The notes: generated by a model from the letters alone, not told the origin. DNA of 63,671 nt, filler included, from Salisapilia sapeloensis CBS 127946 (GCA_023334545.1; 6 parts of 6 records of this genome joined end to end with filler, not necessarily neighbours in it), one strand, 5' to 3'; numbered from the whole stretch's first letter, positions 33,132 through 45,059 are shown. Translations and numbers: made by a program.

Positions 33132-34337
33132 ATGCTGCAAGCTCGGCAGACCCGACATCTCCTGAAAATTCATACCAGAACATGGTCACGAGGTTTTGCT
33201 TCACTGCCTTCGTTTGATATGGAAACCGACGTCCTCGTGGTCGGTTCTGGTGCAGGTGGGCTCACAGCCGGATTGCGAGCTAAAGCTCAGGGAATGGAAG
33301 CTATCGTCGCCGAGAAGAGCAAATATGTCGGTGGTTCATCAGGATATTCAGGTGCCGGTGTCTGGATCCCCGAGACATCCGTAAGCAAAGAGGCTGGCAT
33401 CCAGGACAGCAAAGAGGATGCTCTCAAGTACCTGGAAATCGCCATCGGAGATGTCGGTCCAGTATCATCCAAAGAGCGAAAGCTGGCATTCCTGGATGAA
33501 GGTCCGAAAATGGTGGACTTCCTCCGTGACTTGGGCTTCGATTGGCTCATTTCCAAGGGCTGTCCCGACTACTACTGCTTGCTACCTGGTGGTTTGAAGA
33601 CGTACGGTAGAACGATTGAGCCCAACATCTTCGATATGAACAAGTTGGAAGACTGGAAAGATCTCGTCATTCCGCGTGGAAGTATGATGCTTTACATATT
33701 TCATCACGATAAAGAGCTAACATCTTATGTGTAGGTCCAATTCCGCCCATACTGACCTATGAGGCTAACTATTTGCCTCGAATGCTTACTTCCATCGATG
33801 ATTTTGCCGTTGCTGTGAAGGTGGGACTTCGAGCCATGATGCTGGGCTTACGAGGCCAATCTCCAGTGACAATGGGTCAGTCCTTAATTGGTCAGCTCCT
33901 GCTACTAGCCAAACAGAAGCAAGTTGACATTTGGCGCGAGACAGTCTTCGTGGACCTGATCACGGATGACGACGGAAGTGTTGTGGGCGCCAAGTTTGAC
34001 AAGGATGGGAAGGAGCTGAACATTCGAGCGAAGAGGGGAGTTCTCCTTGGAGCCGGCGGATTCGCCCATAACCAGGAGATGAGGGACAAGTACCATCCTT
34101 CGTCTGCGACTGCTAAGTGGACAAACACTCCACCTGTAGATACTGGAGATGCCATCAAAGCAGGCATGAAAATCGGAGCAGCTACTGCTCTCCTGGACGA
34201 TGCCTGGTGGATGCCAACCATGCAGGATCCGAACACAGGTGGCAATTTCCCTGTTCTGCCGGAGAGATCTCGACCTTATGGTATCATAGTCGACTCGAGC
34301 GGCTCTCGATTCATGAATGAGTCGCAGTCATACACGA
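33132..34337 (+). CDS. 3-ketosteroid delta-1-dehydrogenase-like FAD flavoprotein (KstD / fumarate-reductase flavoprotein family); intron 33682-33734; 3' end cut by contig end
   Basis: FAD motif 'DVLVVGSGAGGLTAG'; 'GGSSGYSGAGVWIP', 'PDYY', 'RAKRGVLLGAGGFAHNQEMR', 'DTGDAIKAG', 'LLDDAWW' and 'IIVDSSGSRFMNESQSY'. The intron (GTATGA...GCTAAC...TAG) restores the frame. Confidence 0.85.
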
Positions 34338-34437
34338 NNNNNNNNNNNNNNNNNNNNNNNNNNNNNNNNNNNNNNNNNNNNTTAATTAATTAANNNNNNN
34401 NNNNNNNNNNNNNNNNNNNNNNNNNNNNNNNNNNNNN
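34338..34437. other. Artificial contig linker
   Basis: 44N-TTAATTAATTAA-44N. Confidence 0.98.
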
Positions 34438-34439
34438 CC

Positions 34440-34877
34440 ATGTTTAACCATGACTGCTTCATTAAGAAGCTGTACAAAGATGCAGCCAACATTGCCAAGA
34501 ACTTTGATGCGAGAGCTGCGAGTGTCTCCAGCTCGACGAAGAAAGCGCCAAATGCCTCTGCGCCAGCGCAAGAGATGAAGTCAAAGAAAGCTGAAATGCC
34601 CCAAAATACGAATACGGACTCCTCCGGAGCACAAACGACGTCACCGTGTAAGACTTCTGCGGATGATATCGTCAAGCCTAGCATCCGCCAAGCTACGCTT
34701 CCGCCTATCGTCCCGCGTCCCACCCCAGTCGTGAAGAAGGCTTCGAAGAATGGGATCTCGTCACTCATCAAGCTTTTTGACGCCAATAGTAACGGCACAA
34801 GCCGGGCGTTCAAGTTTCAGGATCGCCAAAAGACTTTGTCCCGCACTACGAAAGGCGTGAGTAAAGCATTCCACTGA
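34440..34877 (+). CDS. Possible C-terminal fragment of a low-complexity hypothetical protein
   Basis: Frame is open from the contig start; S/T/K/P-rich; no family recognised. Confidence 0.3.
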   Translation: MFNHDCFIKKLYKDAANIAKNFDARAASVSSSTKKAPNASAPAQEMKSKKAEMPQNTNTDSSGAQTTSPCKTSADDIVKPSIRQATLPPIVPRPTPVVKKASKNGISSLIKLFDANSNGTSRAFKFQDRQKTLSRTTKGVSKAFH

Positions 34878-36040
34878 TCGCTTCATGTCCGACCAAGCGG
34901 GCATTTATCGTCTGAAGATCATCGCCTCTCAGCCTTCAAGAACGCTCCCCGACCGAACTGGCACTATGGTGGCGCTATACTAAGTGTGCACTGCTTACTC
35001 GATACCTCAGCTGCCAAGATCATCCCATCGCAAGGCCTACTGGCGCTTCAAGGACGTTATGGTTGCACAGAGTTATTTGTCTCCCATGCCTTCAGTGGCC
35101 GTTGTTGTATGAACACTGCTGGAGACACGAGCGGCGATTGCATTGCTGGGATGAAGTCCATGGAGAGAAAGTTACTACTGCCGATGATTACGGAAAGAGA
35201 GGAGAGCAACTGTAGCATAGAAGAAACTAGAAGAGCTCGAGTATGAAGAAAAGCAGATGAATGAAACCATTTGGAAGGATAAGATCAGTTTGGCTTTGCT
35301 TGGTTGTCCGGATATTCTGTAATTGTGCTCTTGTAATTTCGACGTCAGGTACAATACGACAAGCAGCTTAGACGAACAAGGCGATTAAATGGGTTTTTAG
35401 ATCGGAGGTACATTCGGCTCGGTGTTACTGGGTATCTAAACTGTTTTATTGAGTTATTGCGTAATACTAGTAGCTATGAGTAGTTCGGTCAATTGGTGGC
35501 TTCATTGATAGATACTTCAGTATTAACATTCAGTACCAATTGTGACGACATTGCTGACGACTTCGATAATGAGAGCGTTCTGGGCTGAAACGTGCAGAAG
35601 CTACGGTTTAAAGTTTTCTCTACTTGTTTCAATTTGATGATCGCTAGCAAGCATATGATATACCATCACATTCATACATGTAAATGCAACTATCCACTCA
35701 GACAAATTTTACAGTGAGGTGAAGCCTCTAGCAAGACGAAAAGCTTAGAAATATCGCAGTTAATCCGTATTGCAGTAATTGGTGCGAAAGCACGATGGAG
35801 AGGACATCCCTGCGAAACTGGTAGCGAAAACAAAGATGAAATAGATGAAGGGATAGCATACATGCTCGCTTTATCATAAGAGCGTACATATAGCAACCAC
35901 CATATGTGAACAGCTCAAACAGTAGGCAGGTGCAGTACAGACACCATATTAGCCATTTGGCCTATGAATAATATGCATACGAGTGAGCATTGGAACAAGG
36001 GTGACATGTGCGAGACTTCATTTGACACGGTGAAGACGTG

Positions 36041-36633
36041 TTACCCGGTTGGGCAATAAGCTTGACTAGGAATATACAATCGTGCTTTGTCCAAAAAGTT
36101 GCTCTTTGTTTCATCTATTAATCTTCTTTACTCTCGGCCCAAACTACAAAAAGTAAAAATGATTAGATAAATATGTGGTAACTTTTCCCATTATCAGAGC
36201 GATGCAGCTAATGTACCTGGTTTGTCGGAGCCTAATTGAGGTCTTTCTGGTTGCGCAATTGTCACTCGAATCGTTTCTCCATAAATCTCTGAGTCTAGTT
36301 ATAACAACACATACCTCAGTCATATACAATACAGAACGATATGCCGTATTAAGTCGTACCATCCATGTTGTCAATAGCAGCTTTGGCATCCTCTTCCTCT
36401 TCAAATTCCACAAAACCATATCCTTTCTTCAGCTCTACACAAAGTATGCACAAATACATAGAAATAAGATGCCAATGACACACATAAATGGACGTAAGCT
36501 TACGACTCTCATAGTCCACTGGGATCTGCACCAACTTTATCGGTCCAAATGGAATGAAGGCTGCATGAAGCACTTCCTCCGTTACCTCTTTCTTCACTCC
36601 ACCCACATATAGCTTGCATCGATTCGTTGCCAT
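36041..36633 (-). CDS. Single-RRM protein resembling the cyclophilin E (PPIE/Cyp33) N-terminal RRM; multi-exon, 3' end uncertain
   Basis: RNP2 'KLYVGGV', '[11 protein letters not shown]', RNP1 'KGYGFVEF', '[21 protein letters not shown]' after splicing. No cyclophilin domain seen. Confidence 0.8.
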
Positions 36634-36789
36634 CTCTGCCAACAGCCCACAAACGTCTTCCGATACTCGAAAACAGCGTTTGAGCGTTTATTGTCCGAGT
36701 TGTTGTTTTCGCTACTTCACGTCGTAAAAGCTACTTTTGCAACCGTTAAGACGGAAGAACGGGACGAGTGATCGCATCGACTAGCACGG

Positions 36790-37624
36790 ATGAGTACCGC
36801 CACGGACGATCTATTTAACCATGGTGCGTATCGACTATGCCTCTTACAATGTCAATGGCATGTATATTAACCGATTGGATTGTAGGTTGGGGTGATGTCT
36901 TGAGCAGCATCTCTCCGTACGCTTGGGCTGGTATGGGTGTCGCCCTCGGACTAGGACTCTCCATCGTCGGAGCTGCGTGGTATCAATTGATAATGCTGCC
37001 TAACACTACTCCGCTAATTTAATGGATTGTATTTAACAGGGGCATCTTTCTCACTGGATCTAGTATCATGGGTGCATCCGTCAAAGCGCCTCGTGTGCGA
37101 TCTAAAAATCTTGTCAGGTACCTTTTCTAGCTCATTTACGTAGTCCCATGTCTAATGAACTCGCTATAGCATTATCTTTTGTGAGGCGACTGCTATCTAT
37201 GGTGTGATTATTGCGATCATCCTTCAGAACAAAGTACATTCGCCTTGATCCGATTAATACGCAGTCTACTTATCTTCATGACAGATCAGTCAACCTGCCA
37301 TTCGAGGTGAAAACGATGAGCCGGTGAGTGAGCATGCCATGTACTTTGCTGCCTACGCTGTCTTTTCAGCTGGCTTGGCTGTCGGTCTCACGAATGTTGC
37401 CAGCGGGTATGTGATCATGTCCTACCGACCTGTATCTCGTAGCTAAGTTATATACATGTAGTGTCTCTGTGGGTATCGCCGGTAGCAGTTGTGTCCTAGC
37501 AGATGCTCAGAACGCAGTCATGTACGTGAAGATCTTGATCGTGGAGATTTTCGCCAGTGCTTTGGGCATCTTTGGTGTCATCGTTGGCATCATCTTATCG
37601 AACAACGCTCAATTCCCAGAGTAA
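36790..37624 (+). CDS. VMA16: V-ATPase proteolipid subunit c'' (multi-exon)
   Basis: Spliced product '[62 protein letters not shown]...[20 protein letters not shown]'. Confidence 0.93.
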
Positions 37625-37694
37625 CTTGCAAACGCATTGCTTTTTAACTTTCTTCGAAGTGTTTTGGTCGAATGGTTTGTATTTCTATCGAGAC

Positions 37695-39251
37695 TTAACG
37701 ATGTTTCCACATCTCTCGATCCGCCTCGGCATCGACTGGAGTGTACCATTCGGGCAGTGGCTGATCTGGATTGTATCTAACGCAGACGTCAAGAGCTTTA
37801 TACAGAGGGAGTTAGATGTACGAGTATACCTGTAATTGAGGAAGAGCTCTTCATCTTCAACGTCTGCAGTCGTAATGAAAGCCAAGCTCTAAAATGATAT
37901 TAAGAAGGAGAAGATAAAGAATGAATAAAGGCGTGGCGTACATGCATGTGGATGCGCTTGCCAAACATGGATAGCCGGGATGGATGCTCGACGTACTTGT
38001 TCGGGATCAGGTCTGCATATTCATCTTCCGTGAACGGCTCTAGAGGTATATTAATACAGGGCCTTAGTAGAAGTTCACGAGGGTGTACAGACCTATCGGA
38101 GGGAAGTTGAAAGTGAAGGGCATGACATTCGGCATGGAACCACTCGGTGGGTGGTTGATCTTATGCCCAACTGCCAACTCATTTTGCGGCGTCGAAGCTA
38201 CTTTTTTGTTAGCCTGTATTACACGATGGAAGACGAATACAAAGCTTACGCTCGTTTTTGGCGTCGATGATAGCACTGTCGAAGCGCGATCGAGCGTAAT
38301 TGTTGCCCGAAATTTCCTTCAGATACTTTTCCTATATCACTCTGACGTTTACGAGCTGTCTATATTGCATGAAAAAGTTCGAATACATGTCGATAGTGCT
38401 CTGGGAGGTACACAGTTCCAGGAAACAATGCCTGCAGATAGCATTAGTTGAGTCGAATTAATATATAGATGGCTACTGTCCTACGATGGCTGTGCCAATT
38501 GGTACGCGTCCTTCTAACTTGACTCCTTCGCCAGCACCTTCCACAATCGATGGCTGTACCTGTAGACGATATCCCATCTCTTCCTTAAATGTCTTTCCCT
38601 AATGCGTACTATGGTAAGAATCACTTCGATCGGTCATCTTTAGACGATCACATACGTTTGGAAGTGTTTCAGACGCAGGATCGAATCCCGAAATGGACTT
38701 GCCACTAGGTTGAGTGACTGGAGCAGTCAAGAGGCTTTGAAAAGCTTTGGTCATCTAGTGTGTCGTCAAGAATGAGATTGACATCCAGACCTAATCCATG
38801 TATATTTTGACGAACCTGCTTGGTGACATCATCTTGGACATATTCTCGCTGCTTTTCAAACTTTTTCTTTTGTATGAATGCAACTGCATCATCAAACACT
38901 TGCTTATTGTCCCTAGTATCAAACGACGTAAGTACTTTTGTCCGTCACTCGATTACTATGATAAACAATGAGCCTTGCATGCATCCAAGTCATACTTGTC
39001 TTTATTCTCGGCACTCATCCTTAGATTACGATAGCAAGTTAATACAGCAGCAACACCGACATCCGCTTCCTCCTATCCGAATCATTACTTGTCAATCGAA
39101 CATGCTTCACTACACAACTAGTCATCAATTGCATTTCCAGCAATGCAATCTAAAACGTCTACTAGCATCGACTAGATATAATTACCTGATAACGTAGAGC
39201 TGGAGATGATCCAGCTACTAAAAGCTGCATTCGCCGCCACACGGAGGTCAT
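37695..39251 (-). CDS. SETD9-like SET-domain protein (many short exons; start inferred)
   Basis: Exon peptides 'GYRLQVQPSIVEGAGEGV', 'NELAVGHKINHPP...PNV', 'EELFLNYR' and 'LPEWYTPVD' follow the SET N-, NH- and EELF..Y motifs of the SETD9 group. Confidence 0.72.
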
Positions 39252-39354
39252 GGTCCCTAGCTGAGCTTATTGTCCAGGAGCTCGTGTCCAGTTTGTAACA
39301 TTTATCAGTTACCATCGTCCGCTAGGATACGTGACTTCGGGCAGATAATATTCG

Positions 39355-41102
39355 ATGGCAGGTAGACAAGCAGATCCGTTAGGCCCGCCTTTACACATTG
39401 GCAAGGTCTTTATTAAAGGCAACCATCGCACCAAGTAAGTCGTTTATGCATTGCACTTGAATTTGCTGTGGAATATGCTGCCAATGATGTTGGAATGAAG
39501 AGCTAGAGCTGATGCATTCATGTGATATAGGCCGAGTGTCTTTGAAACCGAGTTACAGGTAATATATAAACTACTTGAGAGTTATGCAAGAGGATCTTAT
39601 TGCTTTGGATGGGATTATGTAGGATGCATATGCTGCCGACCGTGCTCGGATTCTGCTAGAGGAGCTCGATCTCTCTGTCGCAGAGCTCCAAATGCTCGAC
39701 ATCTTCGATTCCATCGATGTGAAGCTTGACAAATGTAATGCAATACCCTCATACTACTCTTGCAAGTGATCAAGGAGCTAAATGTGGGATAGCATCATCT
39801 GGAAAGCGTGATGAGACGGACTTGTACATCCATGTCAAGGAGAAGAGCTGGCGCTCTCTTCACATGGGAGCCACGACGGACGGCTCAGAGGAAGCAGCTG
39901 TACGAATCTCTCTCTACGATACCATCCCATTGCGATGACTCTTAACGTGAAACTAGGAAACGACACTGACGTTGGCCAATGCGTTTGGTAATGCAGAGAA
40001 GATGACAATCGGCGCTTCTTATGGCCAAGCCGGAAGTAACACGGAACGTGCCACTTTCTCCAAGCCTCGCTTCCTCGGTCTTCCTCTCTTTTTGAACGCT
40101 TCTGCTTCCAATGAGCTTCACGTACGTCGTCATCTCCATACTAACACCCTTCCACTTAATTACTAATCGATATGTTTATCAGAACAATGAGTACTGGAGC
40201 TCGTACAGTGAAAAAGTGAGAGGAGGTACCATCTCCGTCAGTGACTATGAAGGCGTGCATGAAGTAGCATTAAACATGGGATGGCGAGACATCTTGCCTC
40301 GACGTGATCAGCACATTCCAACTGCTTTCCGTGCTTCTCCCAGCATTTTGTCTGAATCCCAACCATCTACCAAGACTAGTGTCAAGTACACGTTTAAGGA
40401 CGACCGTCGGAATGATGCCATCTATCCGACAGACGGTTCGCTCTTCCAATACTCGACGGAAGCTGCCGGCCTCTTTGGTGACGTAAACTTTGTACGTGCC
40501 GAGGTCGCTGGTCAAAAGCACATTGGCATCGGTCCAGAGCTCTTTGGCTTCCCCATGCTCAACCTCAGTCTGTGTGGTAACTTCGGTGCCATCAAGTCGT
40601 ACGGAGAGGATGCAAACCGTCCGACGCGTATCAGTGATCGATTCTTCCTCGGTGGACCCTTGAGTATCCGCGGCTTTAACTACAAGGGTATCGGACCAAG
40701 AGCTAGTCCACAAGATGGTGGCGTCCCGGCTGGTGATTCACTCGGTGGCGACGTCATGTACTCTGGCTCGGCGTCCCTTGGCTTCCCACTGCCTATCCCA
40801 GTGCTAGCGGTGCTTGGGTTACGAGGACAGTTCTTTGTGAATGCTGGAAATGTAACATCGTGGGATCGAGTATTGGCGCAGAATAAGTGGGCGAGACATT
40901 TGGTCGATGACACTCGTGTGTCTGCTGGTATGGGTATCGTCTGGGGCACTCGACTCGGACGTATTGAAGCGAACTACTCGTGGGTACTCAAGTCCAATCT
41001 TCAGGTATGTAAAGTGTTTATGTTTGTATTGATATAAGACTAATGTGCCTATAGGACAACATCAAACGAGCTCAATTGGGCCTCGGCATGACTTTTGGAT
41101 AA
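39355..41102 (+). CDS. SAM50: Sam50/Tob55 (Omp85 family) mitochondrial outer-membrane beta-barrel insertase (multi-exon)
   Basis: POTRA 'KVFIKGNHRTK'; 'NAFGNAEKMTI'; lid motif 'DRFFLGGPLSIRGFNYKGIGPR'; 'GRIEANYS'; terminal 'QLGLGMTFG'. Confidence 0.92.
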
Positions 41103-41216
41103 GAAATAGACCATGTCGTTGCCTGTTATCCTTTTCTTTTGTATTCTTTTCTTTTATACTTTTCATACCCTTTCTTAACATTTCTTTGGCGGTGACATAA
41201 ATATCGCTATCAAATC

Positions 41217-42905
41217 ATGTATGGCGGTATCGGAGCTCCTCGCATCTACAACCCAAATCCAGACCCTTTAGAGGCGGAAGGGCCTCCGAAACGCATTGTA
41301 AGGGAGGAGACGAATTTGGGGGAAGTGGTTCCGTCTTCGAAGAAGCGTATTTCATGGAGATTTACACTCGGGGAGTCGGACCAGACGCATGAAGTTGTAC
41401 TCGTGCACTCCCTCATGTCGTATAAGAAGGTAGACGATGTGTATGATAATAGAGCGACTTGTCTGTGGACATGCTAGCGAGACATGTCTGACAGATGAAG
41501 TTACGAAGTAAGTCCTCGTCTGAAATGCATCCTGCTCTACATAGGTGATCGAGTATGACGGACGACAGATCCATTACTCTGCTACGGTACATTCTTATAC
41601 AATCACATGTTCTAGTAGACTCAAAGCTTAATTGAAAATAGGGAACATTGGGTGAATGGACGTTCACATGCATTTTGGACGGGTCCAATCGAGCGATCGA
41701 AGTCCGGATCAATGACGTTGAGAGCGATACGATTCCAAAATATGGTACGCTAGATTTCCATGTCCATTTTCAATATCAAATGTTAACTGCATATAGATCT
41801 TTTCATTGACCGCGTACCGTTCCGTCGTTGGGACATCTTCCGACGTCGCAAGATGCCTGTGACGACTGCTACCTATGCTCAACCGAATGCTCCTTCCAGT
41901 AGTAAGCAAATCCTTTACCTAGAGACAGAAATACCACTAGCTCACGTATGTTATCATAGCCAACTATGGTATGCAAAAGTGGGGACCGAGCGGCATGGAC
42001 AAGTCGCGCCAACCTAGTGGTCAGCAGAATATGAACCCTCCATCCATGCCTCGTCGAAGCAGTTCTGGAGGCAGCATTACAAACGCTCCATCGGCATACC
42101 ACTCTGGAGCATATAACCAGGGTTATGCTCCTCCAACAAGCTACAATGCTCCTTCAACAAGCTACAATGCTCCTCCGACAAGCTACAATGCCCCACCAGC
42201 CCAGACTGCCCCACCGGCAAATACAGGCTCCCGTCAGCAGCCGCGTCGTGCTAGTCAACCTCCAAAGCCACAGCCTCAGCCGGAAGTGGACTTGCTAGGT
42301 GATGACATTCCGACCGTCAGTGTCCCTGCCCAAAAGCTTCAGTTTGACCACTTTGCCAATGTAAGAGACGATCGACTTGATGCTTTTATCCAACGTTCTC
42401 ACAAGTGATCATAGGCATCGACCAATCCAACACTTCAGGCTCCAGCAAATAATGCTCATTCATGGATGCAGTCAGGTGTCCAGGCAGCAGGACAAAACAT
42501 GCAAGCTCCAAGGCAGAACATGCAGGCTTCGAGACCAATGGCATCGCCGTCTCCTGCTGTCGACCCATTTGCTACTGTCAATCAGCCTCCTCCTGCACCT
42601 TCGAAGCCAAAGTATGTCTTGTACATTTCCATCTATACCGTCGTCTGACATCTGCGCCTAGTGTGAACTTGGATCCGTTCGCTACTACCTCCACGAGTGC
42701 ACCTCGACCATCGCCAGCGCAGTCTTCCGCTCCGCAAGCGCAGTCGTCTGCACCGATTGCAGTCGCCCCGATGGCGCCACGCATGACTGGTGGCGTCAAC
42801 TATAACATTTCCAACTACATGAACCCAGACGATGTGAACAATCCGCAGCGTCGTCCGCCTGGCAAGAACATCAATATCGATCCGTTCGCTTCCATGTCGA
42901 AATAA
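41217..42905 (+). CDS. Multi-exon protein: FAIM1-like beta domain followed by a Pro/Ser-rich tail with DLL and three DPF motifs
   Basis: Spliced N-domain 'SWRFTLGESDQTHEVVLVHSLMSYKKVIEYDGRQI...IEVRIND...KYDLFIDRVPF'; tail contains EVDLLGDD, VDPFA, LDPFA and IDPFA. Confidence 0.6.
42127..42189 (+). repeat. Coding 21-nt tandem repeat x3 (APPTSYN / APSTSYN / APPTSYN)
   Basis: gctcctccaacaagctacaat, gctccttcaacaagctacaat and gctcctccgacaagctacaat read directly. Confidence 0.9.
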
Positions 42906-43005
42906 CCAAGACAACACGCGTTTTCTTTCCAAATGCATTGACAACGTCTTTGTTTGTCGTAAATTACTACCATCTACAGCTCCTTCCCAGCTTGTACAGC
43001 TCCAT

Positions 43006-43647
43006 CTATGCCACAGAAACACCAGTCTCTGGTGCTGCGGTCTCGGCTTCCAACTCCTTGGATGCACTTGGCAAGGCATCCACATCACGCTGTTGCAATC
43101 GACTGATAGCTTCTTCAATGGCTTCCAAGTGAGGATCGTGTACCTGCAGTGTCTTCATGACCTCTTGCAGTTTGTAAAAGTACTCGAAGTTCGGTCCGCT
43201 AGGACCATGTCGAGTCAAAATCTCGTACGCTAGTTCGTCAATGGGTGCCGGACCGAGGAATGTCGGGTTGTTCGGCGTCGCAATGTACACAAGCGCTTGA
43301 CGGATTTCTCCATCTGTGCAGTGGACGTCAACCTGATACCTTGCGTACCCAGCCTTCTCCCGATTGTCGAGATTGTCCAAAGTACCATCAATGTGTTCAT
43401 CCGCAACTTTGTAGATACGACCCCAGACGATCGGGTCTTCTTCCATAAGTTCATCGTTGAACTGCGGCATATCCTCATGCGTAATTAGCGTTGCAACGCG
43501 GCCAAGTGCATCTGGAACACCGCGATGGTCGGGCGATCCCTGATAGAAACGCCGGTGAAAGCCTTTCACATACCCAAAAAGTTCTTCTTTTTCATCGGCG
43601 ACAAAGCCAGTTTTCCAGACGATGCTGCCATACCCAAAGACCCACAT
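43006..43647 (-). CDS. CHAC: ChaC glutathione-specific gamma-glutamylcyclotransferase
   Basis: 'MWVFGYGSIVWK', 'RRFYQGSPDHRGVP..GRVATL', 'LDNREKAGY' and 'GPSGPNFEY'. Confidence 0.93.
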   Translation of the reverse strand: MWVFGYGSIVWKTGFVADEKEELFGYVKGFHRRFYQGSPDHRGVPDALGRVATLITHEDMPQFNDELMEEDPIVWGRIYKVADEHIDGTLDNLDNREKAGYARYQVDVHCTDGEIRQALVYIATPNNPTFLGPAPIDELAYEILTRHGPSGPNFEYFYKLQEVMKTLQVHDPHLEAIEEAISRLQQRDVDALPSASKELEAETAAPETGVSVA

Positions 43648-44035
43648 AATGCAGAGGAGAGAAGAGTTTCTTGGTCCGGAGGGTTGAGTCGCTGGGACTG
43701 GAGCGTACTTTTGCTTCGAGCGAGCGAGTTCTGAAATGAGACTTTAGCTTACTTTGTGTCGTTTCAGGCTGAAGTTCAGACTAACCGTTAATAGTTGTTA
43801 TAACTGAAATATCAGACGCGAGGGCCAGTAGAAACCCAGGGGAAAAATCTAGTGCTGGGTAAATTGGCTGGTATGTAGCCTATGCGATCGGGATAAAAGT
43901 GATGTTTGTTGTAATTGACATGCTATTGGTGGTACGTATAGACACGGTCTAGGTTCAATCGAAACACGTCATTGGAGTGAGGAAACTGAATATCTGAACT
44001 TATAATCGACTTGGATTGGAACTTTAACTGCTAGG

Positions 44036-44698
44036 TTAGACGACGTCCGCGATTTTATCTGTCTCGATGTCGTCCGATAAGAATCCTAGTTCATCCTCTG
44101 CCGGGACCTGGTCCGAGTCACGCAAAATCGAGTGGAAGACCGCAAGTGCACCACTATAAATAGGCACGATTAATACGCAATTAGAAAAGAGTCTCTTCAA
44201 AGTATGCACGTACCTCGCGGTACAAATAGTGAGCAATACACTGCCACCAAAGAACAGAATGACGGCGAAACTAAGAGCTGCGAGACCAAAGCGACGTTGA
44301 TCTGGCGTCACCGGTCGACCAAACACGAGCACTGGGTTCTCCGGTGATTCGTTCGCGGCAGCACTAGACGAGTAGAGCCATAATCCAGTGAGGCAGATGA
44401 GAACGAAGAGGAACATGGGGTTTAAAAGAATCAGCACCACCGTGACCAAGGAAGCTAGAACAGCATAGTTCGCAGCGAAATAAAACGCATTTCGGCGAGC
44501 GCGCGGTGCTAGTTCTTGCTTGCTTGGGATTGTAAATGCCTTTTCTTCCCCAAAGCCCATGAACACGGAGATCCCTCGGACATTGCGTAGTTTAATCGCA
44601 CGTAGGAATCGGTCTCTTGTCTCTGCAATCGCAGATGGCTCCAATTCGATCACAATCTTGTTGTCCTGCTTAGTTGTGTCTGTGTGCGCTTCCATCAT
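44036..44698 (-). CDS. PRA1 (prenylated Rab acceptor) family protein; intron near 44155-44215
   Basis: 'FTIPSKQELAPRARRNAFYFAANYAVL', paired hydrophobic hairpins, and a terminal H..LR motif. Confidence 0.85.
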   Translation of the reverse strand: MMEAHTDTTKQDNKIVIELEPSAIAETRDRFLRAIKLRNVRGISVFMGFGEEKAFTIPSKQELAPRARRNAFYFAANYAVLASLVTVVLILLNPMFLFVLICLTGLWLYSSSAAANESPENPVLVFGRPVTPDQRRFGLAALSFAVILFFGGSVLLTICTARYVHTLKRLFSNCVLIVPIYSGALAVFHSILRDSDQVPAEDELGFLSDDIETDKIADVV

Positions 44699-45059
44699 GA
44701 CTGTAGAGAACAAGTGAAATGGCCAGACTCGTCCTAATTGTGAACTGGAATGGGAGTTGAGCTGTGCCTAATAACCACCTTTCTTTGTCTCAAAATAAAA
44801 TAGAGTGGATGGACAGAAGACATGAGGATTGGCTAAATATAGATTTTATCCACGAATAAGAGTGTGAGGAGTGGCAAAGCATGAATGAAGTTCCTATCTG
44901 AATAGTTGAAGTTGGGTGGAAGCGGAATGGTCCGCCACGACCATGATCAAAGCTGCCAGAGAGACCAAGTAGCAGACAGGGAAGCAATTCTAAATGGAGC
45001 TATTTGTATCTTCAATTTATGAAGCTTCATTTCGTTCCATGCTAGAAACGTACTGTATT

